From the NCBI GenBank assembly GCA_023248495.1, contig JAHFEK010000006.1, positions 2,725 through 66,724 on the forward strand: 64,000 nt of DNA, given 5' to 3'. The stretch's first letter is position 1; every line of letters begins with the position of its first letter. Below are positions 56,190-64,000 of this stretch, piece by piece. A model generated the notes under the pieces. The model made no database searches and was not told where the DNA came from. It saw only the letters and a list, made by a program, of their open reading frames with translations. This stretch comes from Nitrospinales bacterium (lineage in GTDB: Bacteria; Nitrospinota_A; UBA7883; JACRGQ01). The position numbers and the translations under genes are program-made.

Positions 56190-57608
56190 CTATTCGACCA
56201 AGTATCCTTGCAGCCAAAGAACGCCGGTGATGCATTTTCCCAATTCCAACATGCAGTCAGCGTCCAATGCCGAATCCGCGATATAAAGAAAAACATTGAA
56301 ATCATAATCGTCAGGGCGCATCAGTGTCGCTTTTAACCGGCTTAGGTCAATTCCCCGAACATGTATCCTCTTAATCTCATCCACCTTGACCATAAAGTCA
56401 TAATCATCACTTCCAAGGTCTTCCCGCTGGAAAAGGATTGCCGCCCCATCAAGAGATATTTTTATTGGTTCCAAGCTATCAGAAACATCTGGACGGCCCG
56501 CCTGACGCATAGCCTTTAACTTTTCAGGATCATCAATCACAACCTCATTGTGTTTGGGGTTGCCAGCCATGTAAACCAAGCCCGACAACATGAACTTTGC
56601 TTTCATTCCTGGATGATACTTATCCCGGTTCTTATAGTAATGCGTATCAAAGAAGGAGATGGGAGCGCAACCGGCAATGGTGCCTAAAATAGTCCCTATG
56701 CTCACCACATGTTGAACGAAGTTTAGCTGTTTGTTGCTGGTGGTTGCCCAAAAGTCGTCCCGCTCGTAAGTCATTTTGTCCTGCTGTTTCTCGCCGTTCT
56801 CCCCCACGATAGTGACGCTGCTCTTTTTGCCGAAGGGTGGATTCGTCAGCACCATATCCACCTCTTCAGCTACTTTGCCGCGCAGGGCGTCTTTGCTTTC
56901 GACCGGGCTTTCGTCGCCACCGATGCCGTGCAGGTAGAGATTCATGGCGCAAAGGCGAACCACGCTATCCACTATGTCCGCGCCGCGCAGGGCTTTCTCT
57001 TTAAGGTGGCGCGCGGCCCCGTGATCCAGCTTTTGGTGCTTCTCGATGTAATCGTAAGCGGCAAGGAGGAACCCGCCGGTACCGCAGGCCGGGTCAGCGA
57101 TTACCATTCCGGTCTTGGGGCGCATTACCTCCACCATCGCGCGGATGAGCGGGCGCGGCGTGAAGTACTGTCCCGCCCCGCCTTTTACGTCGGATGCGTT
57201 TTTTTCCAGCAATCCTTCGTAGATGTCACCTTTAACGTCGGTGCTCATGGAGGACCAGTCTTCCTTGCCGATCATGTTTATCAGGTGGGCGAGCTTGGCG
57301 GGGTCGGATATCTTGTTCTGCGCTTTTTTGAAGATGACGCCGAGCAAGCCGGGATACTTGCCCAACGCTTCAAGAATGTGGCGGTACTGGATTTCCAATG
57401 CGTCGCCGTCCAGCTTGGCAAGGGCCTTCCATTGGTATTCTTTCTGGATTCTTACATCCTTCCCCTGCTCCATCCGCTCCTGCGCCATTTTGAGGAAGAT
57501 GAGGAAGGTTATCTGCTCAACGTAATCGCCATAGGAAAGGCCGTCGTCGCGCATGACGTGAGCGTAGTTCCAAACTTTCTGGACAATGGCGGCGCTGTTT
57601 TCGGTCAT
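56190..57608 (-). pseudogene. hsdM: Type I R-M methyltransferase HsdM, C-terminally truncated and fused in frame to an unrelated ORF remnant
   Basis: GQYFTPR, DPACGTGGFL, NPPF and SNKQLNFVQH motifs are present. HsdM-like sequence stops at ~56700, where an AT-richer, unrelated sequence begins. Confidence 0.8.
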
Positions 57609-57652
57609 TTTTGTTCTCTGATTATAATGGCTACGGCTCGTTGATGACCGTG

Positions 57653-57997
57653 TCAGGAAGGAAACTCGGCTTTAAGGATACGTTCGACCTTATCTTGCAG
57701 GGCTGGCGCTTCCACCGTAGCGGCACTCCAGACGAGAACCCAGTCCACTGAAAAATAGGCGTGTACAACATAGTTGCGGAAATCCGTGATTTTTCGCCAC
57801 GGGATATCAGGATATTTTTCTTTGACCCCTTGCGGCAATTTGGAGGCCGCTTCCCCTATAACTATCAGTTTCATCAATACGGCGCTTTTTACAACGTCGC
57901 TATCCATGAACTTTTCAAAAGTAACACCTTCAATAAAAGAGCGTATCGCCTTTGCGGCTTCCACTATATCCGCAAGATAAAGCTTTTCACGCCGCAT
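57653..57997 (-). CDS. HepT-like (DUF86/HEPN) ribonuclease toxin
   Basis: YLADIVEA, IGEA, IPWRKI and RNYVVHAY (RX4H HEPN motif). Confidence 0.92.
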   Translation of the reverse strand: MRREKLYLADIVEAAKAIRSFIEGVTFEKFMDSDVVKSAVLMKLIVIGEAASKLPQGVKEKYPDIPWRKITDFRNYVVHAYFSVDWVLVWSAATVEAPALQDKVERILKAEFPS

Positions 57998-58289
57998 AAA
58001 AAACTTTCGAGCTGTTTAATACCTCATCCCGGATGATGGGATTAAGCCCCCTTTTGGAAACGAGGTCCACTTTTCGGCCGAGAATATCAGCAAGCTCGTG
58101 CTGCATTCCGATGAATTCCAAAAGCCCTATTTTTGCATCCGGCATGAACTCCACAAGAAAGTCGATGTCGCTTTGATCGGTAAAATCGTCCCGCACGGCG
58201 GAACCGAAAACGGAAAGCTCCCGCACCTGATACCGTTTGCATATCCCGGCGATGGCCTCTTTCGGCAATTCAATTTTTATTGCGTTCAT
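57987..58289 (-). CDS. MntA-like minimal nucleotidyltransferase antitoxin
   Basis: VFGSAVRDDF...SDIDFLVEF (GSX10DXD) and LGRKVDLV motifs; overlaps the HEPN gene. Confidence 0.93.
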   Translation of the reverse strand: MNAIKIELPKEAIAGICKRYQVRELSVFGSAVRDDFTDQSDIDFLVEFMPDAKIGLLEFIGMQHELADILGRKVDLVSKRGLNPIIRDEVLNSSKVFYAA

Positions 58290-58303
58290 TTTTATACTTT
58301 CCT

Positions 58304-59863
58304 TTACCTTACGCCCATTTTAGCCTGTTTTCGTGGTTTGGCGGAATGGGACTCACGGTTCCTCTTTAAATCCCGTCCTTTCTCTCTTTCGGCTTGGATA
58401 CGCTTGAGGAGTTCGCTGGCCGGTTCGTCGTCCGGGTTTTGCGGCACCAGCTTCCCCTCGAACGCCTTTTTCAGGATGGACTGGCGGAGGCTCTTAATAA
58501 TTGGCTCAACCTTAAAAACACTTTGCTCAATGTGCTTTATTCTGCTCAGAAGTTCCTCGTATTCTTCTATCAGGACATGTTGTTCATGCAGTGGGGGCAA
58601 CGCGACTGGTATTTTCCTTATGATACCTAGATTTAAAATTTCCATCGTCCCTCCGTGCGAGGCAATCTTGAACAAATGTTTTACTTGTGGTGCCTGCAAA
58701 TATATTTGCACATACTTGGATAAAACGAGCTTGTTGTCTAAAGACACTTTCACAAGGCGTGGATTTATTATGCCCGGCTCACAATCTTTAGGGAGGATTA
58801 ATACCCTTCCAATAGTTCCAACCAAACTAATCAACATATCGCCCGGTTTGATCGCGCAGCTTTCAAGTTCTTCATACAACTTTCTATCAACGTAATAATC
58901 ACCATATCTATGGTCGTTCCTAATAACTTGCTCTTGACCATATATTTTGTAACCAGCCTTGGAATACATCGACTTCTTAAGAGAAGAACCAAATGGTCCG
59001 GCTTTTAGGGAATTGTCTTCATCGGTCGCTAGTATCTCAAGGTTTATCCATACCCACCCCTCGGGCAATTCGGGGAGGGATGAAGTATCAGGGGAAGCGG
59101 GTTCCTGGTATTTTTCTTTCCATTTGTCGTCTTTGGGGGTGATGCCTTTGCGTTTGAAGTCGGCCAGCTGGGCTTCTTCCCACTTTTTGCGGCGTTCTTT
59201 CAGGATGCGGTCGAGAAGTTTTGAGGCGGGTTCCAGCTTGGCTTTGTTCTTTTCGCGCCACTTTTTGGTGAGTTCACCGGTGACGGCGGCCTTTAGCACA
59301 GATTGGCGGTACTGCTTTAAAAGCGCCTTCGCTTTTTCCAGCGCCTTCACCCCCGCATCCAGATTGCTGAAAAGCTCCTCAATCTTCGCCACAATCCTCT
59401 TTTGCCCATTGAGCGGCGGAAGAGGCAAGGTGATCGTTCTTAGTTTTGATGCATTAACATTCTGCAAAGCTATGCCACTGCTGAGTTCAGAAATATTTTT
59501 CCAATATCGCGAACTTTGTAAAAAATAAGCTAAGTAGCTTGGATTAATCAGAGGACGAAATCGAATTAAGTAAGATGCAAATACAGATTTGGCGGGATTC
59601 TTGATTAATGAACTTACACCAATTGACCCAGCTCTGGAAATTACAATATCTCCATCGTTCAAAAGATACTTATTGAGATTATAAGGCTCCTCGTGGCAGA
59701 AAGGAACATCGTTCCAATTTATTGGCCCCGAAGTAATATCTGTGGTTCTTAGAAAGTAGATTTTGCCCGTTTTGGATGCTTTGGTTGTCCATCCATACTG
59801 TGGATATGCACATACCTCATCAAGAGTGCTCTCAACCCACCCCTTCGGCAGTTCCTCGCTCAC
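58304..59863 (-). CDS. hsdS: Type I R-M specificity subunit
   Basis: LPKGW...PLPPL..QKRIVAKIEELF...LKAAVTGELT, with a second LPEGW...LPPL.EQ...LKKAFEGKLV (two TRDs). Confidence 0.93.
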   Translation of the reverse strand: MSEELPKGWVESTLDEVCAYPQYGWTTKASKTGKIYFLRTTDITSGPINWNDVPFCHEEPYNLNKYLLNDGDIVISRAGSIGVSSLIKNPAKSVFASYLIRFRPLINPSYLAYFLQSSRYWKNISELSSGIALQNVNASKLRTITLPLPPLNGQKRIVAKIEELFSNLDAGVKALEKAKALLKQYRQSVLKAAVTGELTKKWREKNKAKLEPASKLLDRILKERRKKWEEAQLADFKRKGITPKDDKWKEKYQEPASPDTSSLPELPEGWVWINLEILATDEDNSLKAGPFGSSLKKSMYSKAGYKIYGQEQVIRNDHRYGDYYVDRKLYEELESCAIKPGDMLISLVGTIGRVLILPKDCEPGIINPRLVKVSLDNKLVLSKYVQIYLQAPQVKHLFKIASHGGTMEILNLGIIRKIPVALPPLHEQHVLIEEYEELLSRIKHIEQSVFKVEPIIKSLRQSILKKAFEGKLVPQNPDDEPASELLKRIQAEREKGRDLKRNRESHSAKPRKQAKMGVR

Positions 59864-59895
59864 GCTACCAAGGCTCCGTTAAGGTCTTCGATAAT
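59860..59895 (-). repeat. Diverged duplicate of the last 12 codons of hsdR
   Basis: IIEDLNGALVA* versus IIDDLNGALVA* at 60472-60507 (31/36 nt identical); its TGA overlaps the hsdS GTG. Confidence 0.85.
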
Positions 59896-59924
59896 GTGGA
59901 CGGGTGTGGGGCAGGTGAGTCCCA

Positions 59925-60041
59925 TCATGGCGTCGGCCCAAGCGAGGCCCTTAAGGTTATCCGCAGCTCGCGCTGGGCCGTTGCGTAGTCCCCTCCTTCG
60001 GCCTTTTCGACCCACTCTTTAACGAGAGGCTTCAGCTTCAT
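59925..60041 (-). pseudogene. Truncated HEPN-domain toxin gene
   Basis: MKLKPLVKEWVEKAEGGDYATAQRELR is a typical HEPN N-terminus coupled to an MNT gene. It breaks off after ~27 residues. Confidence 0.7.
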
Positions 60042-60351
60042 GGAGCGTTTTGCCCTTGTTGATGATGTCGGAAATAAAAAAATCATCCCATGCCAGCCGT
60101 TGCCGCACCTGATCGGGAGACCGTACAAGAATATCCACCGGAAGGGTGGTGCCGACCCGCGCCAGTATTTCACACGCCTTCCGGGCCGGTTTCCCTTTGA
60201 AAGGCATGACGACAAGCAAATCAACATCTGAAGCATCGGTTGGCGTGCCCGTGGCATATGAACCAAAGAGAATTATTCTGTCGGGATTATATGCCTCGGC
60301 GATACGCCGGGAAAGATTGCGGATTTCCGCGATAGTTATCTTTTTTCCCAT
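60019..60351 (-). CDS. Minimal nucleotidyltransferase (MNT) antitoxin
   Basis: PDRIILFGSYATG.PT..SDVDLLVV and PVDILV motifs. Confidence 0.92.
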   Translation of the reverse strand: MGKKITIAEIRNLSRRIAEAYNPDRIILFGSYATGTPTDASDVDLLVVMPFKGKPARKACEILARVGTTLPVDILVRSPDQVRQRLAWDDFFISDIINKGKTLHEAEASR

Positions 60352-60471
60352 ACCTAAAACCCCTTCGCCATCCGCCCGAAAACCCGTCAATCATCCTAAT
60401 CTGTTACCGTCTTAACTAGCTTGAGTATAACATTTCCCGGATACGGTTTGATTCCCGGAAATCACCGCGAA

Positions 60472-63258
60472 TCACGCCACCAAAGCTCCGTTAAGGTCAT
60501 CTATGATTTGGTCGGTTTCGGGACCGAACAGTTTTAGCGCCTTCCCCAGTCCGCCGTGTGCGGTGAAAGGGGCCAGATCAAAATCGTCCCGCTCCACCGA
60601 TCCGGAAAGGGAAATACGCTCTTTTATCATCCGCAGCCACTCCATCTGTTCCGCCGTAAAGCTCTTGCCGTTCCGCTGTTGCTGGGCCAGCCATTCATCA
60701 AAACGGCGTTCCACAATATCGGGAAACGGCTCCAGCACGTCCGCCGCCCCCGCAGCAAAACGGATGAGCGAAATTATATTGGTCAACACCGTGGCGGGGC
60801 TGGCGTTGCGCACCCGGCTTTTTTCCAGATTGGCATAGGCGCTCCAGACCCGTTCCGGAGCCAGATTGTATGGAGGATCTTGCAGTTCATCGGCAAGTTT
60901 CTTTATCGCATCGTGGGTAATGTGGCGTTTGGCGTAGGTCTGGCTGTAGATAATCTGCAACGCTGTAATCTCGTCCTTGTGCTTCTCTATAAATTGGCGG
61001 AAATTTTGAATTATCTGGCGTGCCTTTTCTTTATCATGCCCCACTTCTATGAGCGTATCTATAGTGCCGTGGTCTATGGTCTGCTCGTTCTCGCGCCTCA
61101 TCGATTCCAGCAGGTCGCGCACATCGGGGCGGTTGAATGGCTCCACGGCGGCATCGGCCAGTTTTATGCGGGCCTTCTCGCATTCCTCCGGTTTTGGTTG
61201 CTCTTTGGCGTTGGTGGCTTTAGCGGCATCCAGCGCCGCATCGGGATTGAGCGAGTGGATAATATCGCCGGTGATCTGCATAACCTGTTTACCGGCTACT
61301 TCCTTTATCCGTTCCTTTTGGCGGGAATCCAAAGTGCGGTCCAACCGGGCAAGGCGGTTTGCCAACGAGCTTAGGGTATCTTCATCGCGCGCGCCGAGGG
61401 CCACTTTGTGCATCAGCTTTTCAAAGGAAATGCCACGCGCCCGCTCCAATGAGCGGCAATCCCCTTTGTCCGATTCCGTCACCCCCACGGCGTCCACCAG
61501 AACAAAGTGCGTTTTGCTAATGGCATCGGCGGTGACAGACCTTAACTCCGTTTCTGTAACGGTGCGGGTGCCGCGCCCCTTCATCTGGTCGAAATAAACC
61601 TGGCTTTTCACGTCGCGCATGAATATCAGACACTCCAAGGGCTTTATGTCGGTGCCGGTGGAAATCATATCCACCGTGACGGCGATGCGGAAAACGGGAT
61701 CGTTTCGGAATGCCTTTATCAGGTTGTCGGTGCTTTCGCTGGTGACGCGATAGGTGATCTTCTTGCAAAAGTCGTTTCCTTTGGCGAACTCTTCGCGAAC
61801 GATCTGCACTATCCGCTCGGCGTGGTCGTCGCTTTTGGCGAAGATAAGGGTTTTGGGCACCCATGTGCGCCCGGGGAAAAGGTCGGTAAAGAGCTTATCC
61901 CTGAATGTGCGGATGACGGTGCGTATTTGATCCGGCACCACCACGTCGTGATCTATCTGCGTTTTTGCGTAGTTCTCCTCTTCGTCCAACGTTTCCCAAC
62001 GGCTTTGGCGGGTTTTGCGGTTTCGGCGCTCCACCTCGAACCCGGTTTCCAGTTTCACGCCGTTTTCGGATACTTCGGTTTTTATGCGGTAGATGTCGAA
62101 TCCAACGTTCACGCCGTCGGCCACGGCGTTTTCGTGACTGTATTCGGCCACGAGGTTTTTATCGAAAAATCCAAACGTGTGCTTGCTGGGGGTGGCGGTG
62201 AGGCCGATGAGGTAAGCATCGAAATACTCCAGCACCTGCCGCCAGAGGTTGTAGATGCTGCGGTGGCATTCGTCCACCACGATGAAATCGAATTCCTCGA
62301 TGGGGATGCGGGGGTTGTAAGCGATTTCGCGCGGGGTGACAACCTCCGCCGCCTCGAAGCCGGATTTCTCGTCCAGTTCGTCGTCTATCTCTTGCCCGGC
62401 AAGTTGGGAATAGAGCCTCTGGACGGTGGTGATGGTGACCTTTGCCACATCGCTGAGCTGGCTCCCCTTAAGATGCTGGATGTTGTACAACTCGGTGAAC
62501 TTGCGGCCGCCATCCGGTGTAAGGTATTGCTGAAACTCGTTTTCGGCCTGCGTGCCAAGCGATTTGCGATCTACCAGAAAAAGGATGCGTTTGGCTTTGG
62601 CGTACTTGATAAGGCGGTAGGCGAATGTGACGGCAGTAAACGTTTTGCCCGCGCCAGTGGCCATCTGGATGAGGGCGCGAGACCGGTTTTGGGCCAACGA
62701 TTTATCAAGGCCGGTGATTGCCTCTACCTGGCATTGGCGAAGACCGGCTGTATCCAGCTGCGGCAAATGACGGAGGCGGGCGCGAAGAGTATCATCCTCT
62801 TGTAACCATTCGTGCAGTGTTTCTGGTTTATGGAAGGTGAAAAGGCGGCGGGAACGGGAATCGGGATCGCGCTGATCGCGGAAGAAGGTTTCCACGCCGG
62901 TACTTTCGTAGGTGAACGGGAGCGGATCGCCCCAACGCTGGATAATCTGCGTACTGGAGCGGGTATAGCGGGAAGATTGTTCCGCCACGCCGGAAAGAGT
63001 GGTTCCGACCTTTTTCGCCTCTAGGGTGCCGGCGGCTTTGCCATCGATGATAAGCATGTAATCGGCGGGCCCGGAATCGGTGGGAAATTCGCGCACGGCC
63101 ACGCCAAGGCTGGCACGGATATTAAGCTTTTTGTAATCCTGCAACACCCAGCCCGCCGCCGTGAGCTGTTTATCTATCAGCTTACGCGCTTCGGCTTCGG
63201 AAGCGCCTAACGGCTCTTTGGCTTCATCCCCGGTTTCGCCATATTCCCTTGTTGGCAT
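60472..63258 (-). CDS. hsdR: Type I R-M restriction subunit (DEAD/H helicase-nuclease)
   Basis: ADY...EAK nuclease motif, MATGAGKT, FLVDR, DECHRS, GLTATP, TVDMISTGTD and QMKGRGTR motifs. Confidence 0.95.
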   Translation of the reverse strand: MPTREYGETGDEAKEPLGASEAEARKLIDKQLTAAGWVLQDYKKLNIRASLGVAVREFPTDSGPADYMLIIDGKAAGTLEAKKVGTTLSGVAEQSSRYTRSSTQIIQRWGDPLPFTYESTGVETFFRDQRDPDSRSRRLFTFHKPETLHEWLQEDDTLRARLRHLPQLDTAGLRQCQVEAITGLDKSLAQNRSRALIQMATGAGKTFTAVTFAYRLIKYAKAKRILFLVDRKSLGTQAENEFQQYLTPDGGRKFTELYNIQHLKGSQLSDVAKVTITTVQRLYSQLAGQEIDDELDEKSGFEAAEVVTPREIAYNPRIPIEEFDFIVVDECHRSIYNLWRQVLEYFDAYLIGLTATPSKHTFGFFDKNLVAEYSHENAVADGVNVGFDIYRIKTEVSENGVKLETGFEVERRNRKTRQSRWETLDEEENYAKTQIDHDVVVPDQIRTVIRTFRDKLFTDLFPGRTWVPKTLIFAKSDDHAERIVQIVREEFAKGNDFCKKITYRVTSESTDNLIKAFRNDPVFRIAVTVDMISTGTDIKPLECLIFMRDVKSQVYFDQMKGRGTRTVTETELRSVTADAISKTHFVLVDAVGVTESDKGDCRSLERARGISFEKLMHKVALGARDEDTLSSLANRLARLDRTLDSRQKERIKEVAGKQVMQITGDIIHSLNPDAALDAAKATNAKEQPKPEECEKARIKLADAAVEPFNRPDVRDLLESMRRENEQTIDHGTIDTLIEVGHDKEKARQIIQNFRQFIEKHKDEITALQIIYSQTYAKRHITHDAIKKLADELQDPPYNLAPERVWSAYANLEKSRVRNASPATVLTNIISLIRFAAGAADVLEPFPDIVERRFDEWLAQQQRNGKSFTAEQMEWLRMIKERISLSGSVERDDFDLAPFTAHGGLGKALKLFGPETDQIIDDLNGALVA

Positions 63259-63690
63259 TCGCTAGCTTTCCCCTATGCAGGTAATGCACTTTATACTTGG
63301 ATATAATAGCAAAGTCCGCAGGATTTAGCTTAATTTCAACTATATAGCTTCCGTAAAATATAGTCATTTAAACGTTGGCGCCATTTTCTTTGCCCTGATA
63401 CAAGATCTAATGTATCTACTGAACTGGCAGTAACTTGATTATTCCAAATGATTTCATCAAACTTCGCGCAGTTTACGGTTTAAACAACACCGTGAAACGG
63501 TTCATTAATACAACGGATTGTGAATTCAACCCCAACAAGGGGTGTGAACCACGATATCAAAATAGTTCTATCATCTTCGCCGGAAATTATACTATTTTCA
63601 AAAGGGCATTTATTTAAGTTTCAATTAATAATTTCAATTTATGCTTCACAAAATTTCATCTTATGGTTCAACTTACAACACGAGCGCTAT

Positions 63691-64000
63691 TTACACGTCG
63701 AGGTTGCGGACTTCCAAAGCATGGCGGTAGATGAAATCGCGGCGCGGTTCGACGAGTTCCCCCATCAAAAGGCTAAAAATATCGTTCGCCTCCACGGCGT
63801 CTTCCACCTGTACTTGCAGCAGGGTGCGCTTGGCCGGATCCATTGTGGTTTCCCACAACTGTGAGGGATTCATTTCACCCAGCCCTTTGTAACGCTGAAC
63901 ATACATCCCCTCGCGCGCGGCGGCCAGAATGCGGTCGACCAACGCGCGGATATCGGTGCACTCCTGCGGCTCCTTTCCCTTCTCTTCGATGGTGAACGGA
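63691..64000 (-). CDS. gyrB: DNA gyrase subunit B, 3' end (partial)
   Basis: [21 protein letters not shown]...[13 protein letters not shown]...NLDV* C-terminal motif. Confidence 0.95.
   Translation of the reverse strand, partial: PFTIEEKGKEPQECTDIRALVDRILAAAREGMYVQRYKGLGEMNPSQLWETTMDPAKRTLLQVQVEDAVEANDIFSLLMGELVEPRRDFIYRHALEVRNLDV

Overview
A GC-rich bacterial chromosomal segment from a diderm, flagellated organism. Gene content and order loosely suggest a deep-branching deltaproteobacteria-like lineage such as Nitrospinota, but this is an unverified inference. Most of the window is housekeeping: sppA', rpsA, cmk, tyrA, carD, ispD, flagellin, hemL, mtnP, pdxJ, flgB-fliE, larBC, gpsA, lptD, nadE, purF, bioDA/bioC/bioH, smpB, argS, birA, coaX and gyrB'. 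The main finding is an ~8 kb multiheme cytochrome locus (47.8-56.0 kb). It encodes a porin, a 9-heme periplasmic cytochrome and a 13-heme OmcB-like lipoprotein, plus a c7-type triheme, a 17(+1)-heme NapC/NirT-anchored protein and a pentaheme. Together these could form a complete quinone-to-cell-surface electron conduit. Other notable items are a ~756-aa coiled-coil protein built from tandem 31-residue repeats and an AT-richer islet holding a multi-hairpin, G-U-supported minus-strand RNA candidate. That islet is flanked by a diverged duplication of a kinase 5' end. The window also has a type II R-M/Vsr islet, a scarred type I R-M locus with MNT/HEPN toxin-antitoxin genes and a chimeric hsdM, a NIT-domain sensor kinase and a family of REP-like palindromes. 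No rRNA, tRNA, CRISPR array, integrase or transposase was recognised. All calls come from reading the sequence by eye; no searches were run.
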